A stretch of 64,000 nucleotides of DNA from positions 1 through 64,000 of the IMG/VR virus record IMGVR_UViG_3300030119_000552, one strand, 5' to 3'. Of this stretch, positions 41,955 through 51,044 are shown one piece after another. The stretch's first letter is position 1. Every line of letters starts with the position of its first letter. This DNA comes from a virus. The translations under genes were made by a program, and so were the position numbers. The notes under the pieces were generated by a model. The model worked only from the letters and a program-made list of their open reading frames with translations, was not told the origin of the DNA and ran no database searches.

Positions 41955-43060
41955 AAAATATAATTGAGCACTTCTTAGAAAAAAATGTATCTGAGGCATA
42001 TAATATTGTTCCAAATTCTGTGGAAGAAATTGATTCACTCAAAAATACCGCAGTTGATATTGAAACTATAAAGTCGGTTTATTCTTATATATTTTCTAAA
42101 AACTCTTCACTTGCAAACCCTATTGCAGTTAGTTCCAATTCGAAAGAAAAACACATAAAAGTTGCAAGAGACATTGCGGACGATTTCGATTTAAATTCAC
42201 TATCTAAAAAGTTCGGAGTTAAGTTAACGGCAGGTGACGGTTCACGTGGTCGCCGTGGTTCAAATAACCAAGGAACTGGGTTTGAGAAGGATCTTGTAGA
42301 CGATATAAATCTATTCATCGAAGAGGGAATTGAGTCAACGTCGTTCAAGTATCCATCTTTAATACAAGACTTGTATAAAGACATACTTTCCAAACACAAA
42401 AGCATTCAAGTTAATTTAGAGGGAGGTGCTAACACAAAACGACCACTTGAATTTACCGAGATAGGTGCTGTTATAGGTGGTACTGCAATTAACGTTGGTC
42501 ACGTGGTTACTGATGTTACTATAATCGGTGACGGAACTACATACTACTATTTATCTCTAAAAAGCTCAGGTACCGTCACCTTTTTCAATTGTGGTGTCAG
42601 AAAAATTTTAACAAAAGACCAATTTGAAAATGGAAAAATTACTAACAAAAATGGAAAAACAATTTTAGATATGTTTGGTATTGACGAGAAAAAATTTATT
42701 AACATTTTTCAATCATATAAAGGTAAAACAAAAAAACGTAGTAAAAAAGAAACCGAGGATGTTACTTCCAAGGTAAACAAAAGATCTCTTCACAGAATGT
42801 TGCTCACTGGAATTGGATATGGATATTATATGCTTCATAAACGAGGAAAGAATGTTGAATACTATAAAATGAATGTGGCAAATCTTAAAAAATCTGTAAA
42901 AGTTAAGAAGGTGGTGATTCTATGGCCTGCTCCAGGTTCTGCAAAAAGAATTGATATTCAGATTTTAACTGACAAGTATGTGTTTAAGGTAAATATAAGA
43001 AATAAACAGGGTGGTTTATATCCTACTCACATTATGTGTGATTATAGGTATATACAATAA
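41951..43060 (+). CDS. putative PD-(D/E)xK-fold nuclease-like protein 3
   Basis: G.GFE ... VTDVTI ... YLSLK; ATGA-coupled to the previous gene. Confidence 0.6.
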   Translation: MKNIIEHFLEKNVSEAYNIVPNSVEEIDSLKNTAVDIETIKSVYSYIFSKNSSLANPIAVSSNSKEKHIKVARDIADDFDLNSLSKKFGVKLTAGDGSRGRRGSNNQGTGFEKDLVDDINLFIEEGIESTSFKYPSLIQDLYKDILSKHKSIQVNLEGGANTKRPLEFTEIGAVIGGTAINVGHVVTDVTIIGDGTTYYYLSLKSSGTVTFFNCGVRKILTKDQFENGKITNKNGKTILDMFGIDEKKFINIFQSYKGKTKKRSKKETEDVTSKVNKRSLHRMLLTGIGYGYYMLHKRGKNVEYYKMNVANLKKSVKVKKVVILWPAPGSAKRIDIQILTDKYVFKVNIRNKQGGLYPTHIMCDYRYIQ

Positions 43061-43090
43061 TTACTTTTTGTAAAACACAAAGATAGGTTC
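43061..43090 (-). repeat. 30-bp copy of the methyltransferase 3' end (EPIFVFYKK*)
   Basis: 28/30 identical to 43310-43339. Confidence 0.9.
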
Positions 43091-43093
43091 TGT

Positions 43094-43264
43094 CTATGAA
43101 GTTTGAGTTTCTAATTGAACTCTGACATACGGTTCACCCGTTTCCTCTTCATCTATATCGGCAATGTTGCAATTTACCAACTTTAAGGGTAATTTTTCAA
43201 CCGACCCATCTACCTCAAACGAACATAGATCGTTTCCAAAGTAATCTTCTATTTTAATTTTCAT
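43094..43264 (-). CDS. small acidic hypothetical protein (56 aa, MKLKIEDYFG...)
   Basis: Not in the ORF track. Has its own promoter TTGACT-N17-TATATT at 43271-43299. Confidence 0.7.
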   Translation of the reverse strand: MKIKIEDYFGNDLCSFEVDGSVEKLPLKLVNCNIADIDEEETGEPYVRVQLETQTS

Positions 43265-43309
43265 ATATATAATATAATATTATTATTATAATAAGTCAAG
43301 GTATTTATA

Positions 43310-44887
43310 TTATTTTTTGTAAAACACAAAGATTGGTTCGTACTTGTGCAACTCTCCGTTTATTTGACAACAATTTTTGATTGTGGTTCTATCTCCACGC
43401 ATTGTTGCCATAAGCATTTTAAGAGTTTCAACATACTCAAGACCGTATTCTTGTAAAATGTTTTTGCTATCTTCTTCAAGTGGTATATATCCACCATCGT
43501 GAGTGATGTCCGCAATATTCCACAATAAATACCTGTCGTTTCTTAAATATTGAGATGCAGTTTTTAATGTGGGACGAAGAAAGTTTTCTTTCCAATCTTC
43601 GTATGATGGAAACTTCTTGAAACTTTGTGTGTCATCTGATGAATATTGTTCACGATTAAAATAAGGTGGACTTGTAAATACTAAATCAAATGTTCCTTTA
43701 TACTTTTCAAATTCTTTGTTTCGGTGAATAACCTCACTTCCTTCTTGAAACAAGTCGTATGTATTGCGATGACCAAAGAACGGATTACCACCATTTGTTT
43801 TGTCGTTGAAAAAATCTGCTACATATTCGTATCTTGATTTGTTAAGTTCATTTATATAGTTGTCTGTATTTGGGTCTGTTCCAACATAATGTATTTGACG
43901 ATCATCTATGCTCATAGCACCAAGTATTCTTCCTCCCCATCCTGCACTTGGATCATATACAGTGAGATCATTTTTGTTTTCAATGTGGTCTGTATATTTT
44001 TGATAAACGAATTTTGCAGTTAATGGTGGAAAGTTTACGGCAGGATGTCTTCCGAGTCCAAGACGAAGTGCTTCCATGGCCGATGGAAAGATAGTTGATG
44101 TTTTGTCGTAGTAACGAACACTAAATTTATATTGAGTTTCATCAAGTGTATCAAGTTTATCAAAGTCTGTATTAAAGTCTGTTGTTTTTTCTAAATTGCT
44201 GATATTGTTGTGTTCAAGAAGGCCTTCTTTATACAACCGAAGTATTTGTTGAGCAGATAACAATAAATGATTTTCTTCATAGTCTTCAAACTTTCTTTCG
44301 GTGAAAAGTTCAATAATCCAAAAGTCATTGTCGGGATATAAATGTTTTTCTGCTATAAAGTTTCTAATCCAAGTTTCTCCATCGTTCGTTGGATATGGTA
44401 CTTCATCATCGTTTTTTCTGATTGTTTTTCCGTGAGCAAAAAAAGCATCTCGTCTAATTGTTCTTCTCATTGTGACGTGGAAACTATCTCTTTTATCTGG
44501 ATCAACAAAATAGTCGTAAATGCTTTCTGAATGTGTACCGGTTTGCAATGCCATTTTCGTTTTAAGCATTGTTGGAAAAAACTGATCAATAACCGTTGCG
44601 AACTTGTTAAAGTTTTTTATGATTGTGTTTGTTTTGTCAAGTTCATCAATATGTAAAAACTTGCTAACATCATATCTTTGTAGTTTATTAAATTGTGCAA
44701 TAATATCTTTTTCGATTTTACCACTTCTTGGTGGAATTCCTTTTTCATTCCAAGTAGTAACAATATAATCTCTTAAATCATCCAACCAAATTTCAAGTTC
44801 CTCTTTGCTTTTTAAAAGTAACTGATGGAAGGTTGTGTTTTGCTCCCAATCTACGAGGTTGTTTTTCTCGTAAAAATATTTCTTCAT
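43310..44887 (-). CDS. large phage amino-DNA methyltransferase, copy B
   Basis: NFPP..AK, YDPSAGWGGR, FTSPPYFN, WNIAD, YEPIFVF. Confidence 0.85.
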   Translation of the reverse strand: MKKYFYEKNNLVDWEQNTTFHQLLLKSKEELEIWLDDLRDYIVTTWNEKGIPPRSGKIEKDIIAQFNKLQRYDVSKFLHIDELDKTNTIIKNFNKFATVIDQFFPTMLKTKMALQTGTHSESIYDYFVDPDKRDSFHVTMRRTIRRDAFFAHGKTIRKNDDEVPYPTNDGETWIRNFIAEKHLYPDNDFWIIELFTERKFEDYEENHLLLSAQQILRLYKEGLLEHNNISNLEKTTDFNTDFDKLDTLDETQYKFSVRYYDKTSTIFPSAMEALRLGLGRHPAVNFPPLTAKFVYQKYTDHIENKNDLTVYDPSAGWGGRILGAMSIDDRQIHYVGTDPNTDNYINELNKSRYEYVADFFNDKTNGGNPFFGHRNTYDLFQEGSEVIHRNKEFEKYKGTFDLVFTSPPYFNREQYSSDDTQSFKKFPSYEDWKENFLRPTLKTASQYLRNDRYLLWNIADITHDGGYIPLEEDSKNILQEYGLEYVETLKMLMATMRGDRTTIKNCCQINGELHKYEPIFVFYKK

Positions 44888-46473
44888 TTCTTGTAAAACA
44901 CGAAGATAGGTTCGTACTTTTGTAACTCTCCGTCTATCTTGCAACAATTCTTAACCGTTTCTGCTTTAACACCACGCATTGTTGTCATAAGCATTTTAAG
45001 AGTTTCAACATACTCAAGTCCGTATTCCGCAAGAATATCACGACTATCTTTTTCTAATGGCATAAATCCATCTCCATCTGCAATGTCTGCGATATTCCAA
45101 AGCAAGTATCTATCGTTCTTCAAATATTCGGCAGCCGTCTTCAAAGTAGGACGAAGAAAGTTATCTCTCCAATCTTCATACTCTGGAAACTTTTTGAAAC
45201 TCTGAGATTCATCTGCTGAATATTGTTCACGATTAAAATATGGTGGACTCGTAAAAACCAAATCAAGTTTGCCTTTGTATTTTTGGAAACTTGGATTTTT
45301 GGAAATTTCCTCACTTCCGTCTTGGTAAACATCATAAGTGTTACGGTGACCAAAGAACGGATTACCTCCGTTTGTTTTATCATTAAAAAAGTCGGCAAGA
45401 TATTCATAACGACTTTTACCAAGTTCATCAATATAGTTGTCGGTGTTCGGATCAGTTCCTATATAGTGAATTTGCCTATCATGTACTGACATAGCACCAA
45501 GAATACGACCACCCCAACCTGCACTTGGATCATATATATGAAGATTGTTTTTGTCTTCAATGTGGTCTGTGTATTTTTGGTATATATATTTTGCAGTCAA
45601 CGGAGGAAAGTTTACTGCTGGTTGACTAAGACCCAACTTAAATGCTTCCATTGCCGATGGAAAAATTCTTGAGTTCTTGTTATAGTAACGAATGCTGAAA
45701 CGAAATTCTACTTCTTTGTCATCTTCAAGTATAACATCATTTATATTTTCAATATCATCACCAAAGTTTGCAGTTCTTTCTAGATTTCTGATGTTATTGA
45801 TTTCAAGCAAACCTTCTTTGTGAAGTTTTTTAATTTGCTTTGCGGTGAGCATCAAACTACTTTCTTCATATGAATCAAACTTCTTTTCGGTGAATAACTC
45901 AATGATCCAAAAGTCGTTGTTTGGGTGTAGGTGTTTTTCTTTTACAAAATTCCTAACCCACTCTTCTCCGTCTTCGGTTGGACAAGGAACATCATAATCA
46001 TTTTTCTTGATTGTTTTACCGTGTGCATAAAACGAATCTCGTCTTACCGTTCGTCTCATGCAGGTGTGAAAACTTTCTCGTTTCTCTGAATTGGCAAAGC
46101 AATCATATACACTCCACGACGTGTGTTTGCTTGAACCTATTTTTGTTTTAAGCATGGTTGGAAAAAACTGGTCTACTACCGTTGCAAACTTGTTGAAGTT
46201 TTTAACGATTGTCATTGTTCCGTCCATTTCATCTTTGTGTAAAAACTTATAGGTTTTATATCCTGCTAACTTGTTGAAGTTGGCAATTATGTCTTTTTCG
46301 TTTTTACCTGTTCGTGGAGGAAGACCTTCTTTATCCCATGTTTCAACTATATAGTTTCTGAGTTCATCTATCCACTCTTCTAACTCTAAACCATTCTTTT
46401 GTAAAAGTTCGTGGAATGTAATATTAACCTTACACTCTGTTAAATTGTTTTTCTCGTAAAAATATTTTTTCAT
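44884..46473 (-). CDS. large phage amino-DNA methyltransferase, copy A
   Basis: Same motifs as copy B; tandem paralog, ATGA-coupled. Confidence 0.85.
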   Translation of the reverse strand: MKKYFYEKNNLTECKVNITFHELLQKNGLELEEWIDELRNYIVETWDKEGLPPRTGKNEKDIIANFNKLAGYKTYKFLHKDEMDGTMTIVKNFNKFATVVDQFFPTMLKTKIGSSKHTSWSVYDCFANSEKRESFHTCMRRTVRRDSFYAHGKTIKKNDYDVPCPTEDGEEWVRNFVKEKHLHPNNDFWIIELFTEKKFDSYEESSLMLTAKQIKKLHKEGLLEINNIRNLERTANFGDDIENINDVILEDDKEVEFRFSIRYYNKNSRIFPSAMEAFKLGLSQPAVNFPPLTAKYIYQKYTDHIEDKNNLHIYDPSAGWGGRILGAMSVHDRQIHYIGTDPNTDNYIDELGKSRYEYLADFFNDKTNGGNPFFGHRNTYDVYQDGSEEISKNPSFQKYKGKLDLVFTSPPYFNREQYSADESQSFKKFPEYEDWRDNFLRPTLKTAAEYLKNDRYLLWNIADIADGDGFMPLEKDSRDILAEYGLEYVETLKMLMTTMRGVKAETVKNCCKIDGELQKYEPIFVFYKK

Positions 46474-46474
46474 A

Positions 46475-47296
46475 TCAAGCACCAACATTCCAAAACAAAG
46501 CACCTGGTTTTGCGTGTTCTTTTACAAATTTCCATGCCTTCGCATCATAAGTTGGAGCAGATGGAAATGGTGGCATTTCGTTTTCTTTTATTGCTTTATC
46601 AAATGAATAATCTGACCTGTAATATGTTGCTCGTCCTATTTCTCTTTCATTCATTTTATGTCCAACAGATACTACACTAACAGGTATCTCAGGAAATGCA
46701 AGTTGTAAACCACGACTAATCGTTCCACTTGAACCAACACTCCATATTTCACTCGGAGGGTTTTTTGATAATGCGTTTCGTGCAACTTTTATAATACTTG
46801 CAACAACCGTTGGGTGTTCTAACCCAATTGGAAACTCCATTCTGTTTTCTGGATCTTCAGCTACATATTTTTTTGCTCTTGATTTGGTTACTGATAGCAT
46901 TCCCATGTTAACCCATTCGTAAATAGCACCAAGTTTCATTCCCCTTTTTTGATATTCGTGGTAGTTCTCTGGATTTCGTTTTGCCATGAACAATATGACC
47001 TTTTTATCATACTTTTTTGCTACAGCAGGTAAAGATATTTGTGCATATCCCGTTGCGGGACAACAACCGAATACTATTTCTTTTGCGGTTGTTTCTTTTA
47101 TGAATTTATCAACGAATCTAATTTTGCTTCCGTGGTTTAAAAGGTCATCTCTGACTACATCAATACCATCATAGTTGATAATAACTGGATCTGGATTTGG
47201 GTCTTCCCAATTATCTACCAATTCAAGAAGTTGGTCTTCACTCCACATATTTCCTGTGTTGTCTTCGTATATTGATTCTATAAATTGTGATAACAT
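46475..47296 (-). CDS. PLP-dependent enzyme (fold type II)
   Basis: VVRDDL..GSK.R (PLP lysine), VGSSGT phosphate loop, YDAKAW, LFWNV. Confidence 0.8.
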   Translation of the reverse strand: MLSQFIESIYEDNTGNMWSEDQLLELVDNWEDPNPDPVIINYDGIDVVRDDLLNHGSKIRFVDKFIKETTAKEIVFGCCPATGYAQISLPAVAKKYDKKVILFMAKRNPENYHEYQKRGMKLGAIYEWVNMGMLSVTKSRAKKYVAEDPENRMEFPIGLEHPTVVASIIKVARNALSKNPPSEIWSVGSSGTISRGLQLAFPEIPVSVVSVGHKMNEREIGRATYYRSDYSFDKAIKENEMPPFPSAPTYDAKAWKFVKEHAKPGALFWNVGA

Positions 47297-47766
47297 TACC
47301 ATTCCTTTGTGTTTACTTTTTTAGCTCGGGTTTCACTTAGTTCAACTCCCATTAGTTTTCCAAGCAACCTAGTTCTTTGGGAAGGACCTGGATTGCCTTG
47401 AGTGTTGTACATAAAATAACATTTTTTTGCTTGTGTGTAATCAATGTCTTCAAAGTTGGGAAACTGGTCAACTGCCAAATCGACTATTGAATAATCTGGC
47501 CACATTATGAAACGATGCAATCCATCGTCTCCTGGTATTCCAGGTAGTTTGTATGGTTTAGAACCTCTTGGTGACAAATAGTAATACACGAACTCGGCAA
47601 TTACATAGCAATAGTTTTTGGTTGGGTTGTCTTCTGACCAAGATTCTTTCATTAACTTTGTTTTAAGATGTTGTGTTCCCATACACCTAAGTGATTTGTG
47701 TAATCTTTCTTTGGTTACACCTGCTAATTTATACATTTCTTGAAGTCGTTCTTCCGAAATTTTCAT
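47296..47766 (-). CDS. hypothetical protein
   Basis: Coupled ORF with CY..AE, H and DL...QF motifs. Confidence 0.7.
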   Translation of the reverse strand: MKISEERLQEMYKLAGVTKERLHKSLRCMGTQHLKTKLMKESWSEDNPTKNYCYVIAEFVYYYLSPRGSKPYKLPGIPGDDGLHRFIMWPDYSIVDLAVDQFPNFEDIDYTQAKKCYFMYNTQGNPGPSQRTRLLGKLMGVELSETRAKKVNTKEW

Positions 47767-49049
47767 TCAATATAATCGTCTGCTTCTTTTGTTGGTGGGT
47801 ACAATGTACTACTTTCCACTAACCAATCTCTGAAGTTCTGATTTGCTTTTAGGTCGACAACTAGATGGTATCTATCTTCCGTTCCACCATTGAATGCAGT
47901 GTGTGGTTTTCTCATATCAAGATACCACAACTCACCTTCTTTCATTTTGTCTACCGTTTTAGAACCATCTGTATTCCACAATGTGAATTGAACCTTTGGG
48001 TTTGTTCTGATGGGAAAGTGTACTCTTGCCCATTGATTGTCTGATATACCTGCGTCTTTATCTTGTCGGTCTGTATGACGTTGAAGTTCACCTTCTCCAC
48101 CTGCAAGTTTAAGAATTCTGATTCTTTCAAACTCATATGGAAGTAATTTTAAGTACTCTTCTACTGCCGGAAGTTTTTCACGCAACGGAGTGTCTTGAAC
48201 TTTCCACTTTAGTTTTTCTGGATTTTCTTTTCTCCATTTGTTGTTCATTTCACTTGGTTTGATGATAAAGTCCCACTCACCTCCGTATCCTGATATGGTG
48301 ATACCCGACCAAGAATCACTTTTGTTGTAATTAGAATAGTGATTTGAGAAATCTGAATTTACCTTATCTAGTTGTTCCATAATATTCTTTGGATTTGGAA
48401 TCTTGGGCATGGCAAGTCTTTGTAAAGCAATTTCCTGTGCAGGATCTATATGTGGGTGTTCTCCACCCTTGAACCAAAATCCGTACATATCTGCGAAACT
48501 CGAAATTAAATTATCTTTGCGTTTGTAACCTATTGACTCAAGAAGTTCACGGATTCTTTTCAACTGCATATCGCATTCTATTACTGTAGTTCCGTCTTCA
48601 AAGAAGTTTCCTTTTGCTTCGTGTTTTTGTATGAGTTTTCCTAACCATTCTTCGTATCCCGGATAACACGCAACTTCTTGTATATAAGAATCGTTGGAAC
48701 TCAATGTAATTTCTCTACCGGTGAAACTTACAATTTTCTTTTTCTTGGAGTGCATCTTAGGTATATCGAAGTATAAGATACAGGCTCGTATTTTTCCGTC
48801 TGTATCTTCTACCCAATCAACTTTTTCGTATGTATCTTCTTTATGACCAAGAAGTTTTTGGTTGGTCATGTTGTTTATTTTTCTGAATGGGTCTCTTAAA
48901 CGAGGGGAATCTTTAAAAGAATCTTCTGGATGTTGTGTTTCCCAAAAACAACTTAAAAGGTTTTCGTATATAGGACTATCTTCATAAACCCACTTCTTTC
49001 CATTGTGAAATGGTTTTGGGTATTCGAGTTCGTATTTTCTAAAATTCAT
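47763..49049 (-). CDS. Asp/Asn beta-hydroxylase-like Fe(II)/2OG cupin with a possible N-terminal GNAT-like domain
   Basis: RIR..L....L..HTD, R.HFP..TN, GE.WYLD..KPH...N.G..R.HLV.D. The GNAT call is tentative. Confidence 0.75.
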   Translation of the reverse strand: MNFRKYELEYPKPFHNGKKWVYEDSPIYENLLSCFWETQHPEDSFKDSPRLRDPFRKINNMTNQKLLGHKEDTYEKVDWVEDTDGKIRACILYFDIPKMHSKKKKIVSFTGREITLSSNDSYIQEVACYPGYEEWLGKLIQKHEAKGNFFEDGTTVIECDMQLKRIRELLESIGYKRKDNLISSFADMYGFWFKGGEHPHIDPAQEIALQRLAMPKIPNPKNIMEQLDKVNSDFSNHYSNYNKSDSWSGITISGYGGEWDFIIKPSEMNNKWRKENPEKLKWKVQDTPLREKLPAVEEYLKLLPYEFERIRILKLAGGEGELQRHTDRQDKDAGISDNQWARVHFPIRTNPKVQFTLWNTDGSKTVDKMKEGELWYLDMRKPHTAFNGGTEDRYHLVVDLKANQNFRDWLVESSTLYPPTKEADDYIE

Positions 49050-49070
49050 CCATATATTATATGGATTATT

Positions 49071-49976
49071 TTACTTTCCGTCAACAATTTTTTTAATGTA
49101 ATCTTCCAACTTAATTTTTGCTTGCCAACCAAGATGTTGGTACGTTAAAGAAGGAATTGCTTTTCCGTAAAATCGTTCACCACGACGTTCTGGAATCATA
49201 ATGTGCTTATGATTAAACATTTTTGCCACATCAATTATTTTATGTGGAACACCAGTACCAAGTGGGTACTCTCCTTGTTGTCCTTTTTCGGCTGCTAATA
49301 CAACTCCACTTACGATGTCTTTGATGTGAGTAAAATCTCTTGATTGTTCTCCCGGTTCTACAACCGTAAGTGGTTCTCCGTTTGCATATTGCTCTTCAAA
49401 GATTCCTATCACGGTCGCGTAGTCACCTGTTCTTACTTGTCCAGGACCATACGCATTATAGAAGTATGTGATTTCAAATTTAAGACCAAACCAATCTGCG
49501 TAATTGTTGATAAGTTCAACCATTTTTGCTTTCATCCATGCATACGGAGAAAGGTTTTCATCTTTACCATCATTACCGAATTTACTTGAACTTGCTGAAT
49601 AAATTAACTTTGCTTTTTTTGCGACACAATAATCAAGAACCATTTTTGTTCCTTGCATATTAAAGTCCCAACAATTATCGAAAGCATCAAAGCTCGTTAC
49701 GATTCGTGAAAACTCCCCAAAGTGAAATACAACATCTGGTTCAAACGCATCTGCAATATCCATCTTGGTATTGTTTACGTCAAATTTTTTTGGAATCAAA
49801 GTCTGAGTGTCTTTGTTAAGATAAGTTACTTTTTTACTTTTGATGTGATTGCTTTTACAACCACTACTATAATTGTCAATACTTACTATTTCTATACTCG
49901 GATACTTTTTGAGTAGTCTTTTAATTAGTGCAGTACCAACGAATCCTGCTCCACCTGTGATTAACACTTTATTCAT
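49071..49976 (-). CDS. NAD-dependent epimerase/dehydratase
   Basis: TGGAGFVG, SSS, Y...K, YFYNAYGP, RDFTH. Confidence 0.92.
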   Translation of the reverse strand: MNKVLITGGAGFVGTALIKRLLKKYPSIEIVSIDNYSSGCKSNHIKSKKVTYLNKDTQTLIPKKFDVNNTKMDIADAFEPDVVFHFGEFSRIVTSFDAFDNCWDFNMQGTKMVLDYCVAKKAKLIYSASSSKFGNDGKDENLSPYAWMKAKMVELINNYADWFGLKFEITYFYNAYGPGQVRTGDYATVIGIFEEQYANGEPLTVVEPGEQSRDFTHIKDIVSGVVLAAEKGQQGEYPLGTGVPHKIIDVAKMFNHKHIMIPERRGERFYGKAIPSLTYQHLGWQAKIKLEDYIKKIVDGK

Positions 49977-49998
49977 TATCAATAAATATTATGTAAAC

Positions 49999-50406
49999 CT
50001 ACTTCCTCTCTTTTAGACCAGTTAAATCACTTGAACTACGTATTTTATCGCCGAGACCATCAATCATTTCAATTCCATGTTTCTTGCAAACAACACTTTC
50101 TGGAACTTCACCCACACTTCTATCTCCACCATTTGCAAAGATGTTGGGTTTTATTGCATCAAGAGAAGCACACACACTTTTGTCTTCATCAATACTGAGA
50201 AATGCTTCATCTACTATTCCGAGTGCTTCTACGATTTTTACTCGGTCTGCTTCGTCCATAAATGGTTTGCCTTTTTTAAGAACACATTGATGGTTGTTGT
50301 TTACGATAACGACAAGACGATCACCGAGTTGTTTTGCCAATTCAAGATATTCCAAATGCCCTACGTGAATTGGATCAAAGTATCCACTAACTGCTACTGT
50401 TTTCAT
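49999..50406 (-). CDS. cytidylyltransferase-family protein
   Basis: SGYFDPIHVGH, FANGGDR, KIRSSS. Confidence 0.9.
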   Translation of the reverse strand: MKTVAVSGYFDPIHVGHLEYLELAKQLGDRLVVIVNNNHQCVLKKGKPFMDEADRVKIVEALGIVDEAFLSIDEDKSVCASLDAIKPNIFANGGDRSVGEVPESVVCKKHGIEMIDGLGDKIRSSSDLTGLKERK

Positions 50407-50410
50407 AATG

Positions 50411-50782
50411 TTACTCCGATTCGTGTTTTTCTGGACGATCATAGTCATCTTGAACTCGGACAATGTCATCTTCACCAAAATAAGTTCCTGTTTGAACTTC
50501 CACCAAAATCATATCTTCTGAATCACTTGGGTTTGCCATACGATGTTTTGCTTCAAGTGGAATCAATACGGTTTCACCTGGTTTGTAATCTTCCGTGACA
50601 TCATCCAAGGTTATTCTTGCAACACCACTAACAACTGTCCATGCTTCTTGTCGTTTGTGATGATACTGATAACTTAGTCTTTGTCCTGGTTTTACAAAGA
50701 TGCGTTTAACTTTGCAGTATTCTGCGTCTAGGAGAATTTCATAATTTCCCCAAGGTCTAATGCTTTCGTCTTGTTTACTCAT
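50411..50782 (-). CDS. type II mannose-6-phosphate isomerase cupin domain
   Basis: RPWG.Y, RLSYQYH..R.E.W, EVQ.G.Y.GEDDIVR. Confidence 0.92.
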   Translation of the reverse strand: MSKQDESIRPWGNYEILLDAEYCKVKRIFVKPGQRLSYQYHHKRQEAWTVVSGVARITLDDVTEDYKPGETVLIPLEAKHRMANPSDSEDMILVEVQTGTYFGEDDIVRVQDDYDRPEKHESE

Positions 50783-50786
50783 AAAT

Positions 50787-51038
50787 TTATCCCCACCTAT
50801 CAGCCAAATCTTGTTCAGAAATGTCGGACTTTGTTTCTACTGATTTTATTTCCATATCAAGTTCTAATGTATCTATAATTCCATTTGCGGTATTTACCAA
50901 GTCTTCACATACTTGTTTTGGGTCTGACCACAACTTCAAATCGTGCATCATGGTAATATCATCACCGATTCCGTATGTACGAAAATCAAACTTTAGAACT
51001 ATCTGGTCGTTTTCTATTTTAACATCTGATAATTTCAT
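50787..51038 (-). CDS. hypothetical protein
   Basis: ORF in operon. Confidence 0.65.
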   Translation of the reverse strand: MKLSDVKIENDQIVLKFDFRTYGIGDDITMMHDLKLWSDPKQVCEDLVNTANGIIDTLELDMEIKSVETKSDISEQDLADRWG

Positions 51039-51044
51039 ATATAT

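Noticed and set aside
43061-43264. Genome-wide TAG recoding, suggested by the in-frame TAG before EPIFVFYKK
   Set aside because: Conserved genes are uninterrupted in code 11, and TAG ends genes at expected positions (aminopeptidase, PhoH, cytidylyltransferase). An in-frame junction has a 1-in-3 chance.
43061-46473. Diversity-generating retroelement TR/VR pair
   Set aside because: No reverse transcriptase in the window, differences are not adenine-specific, and the repeat is only 30 bp.
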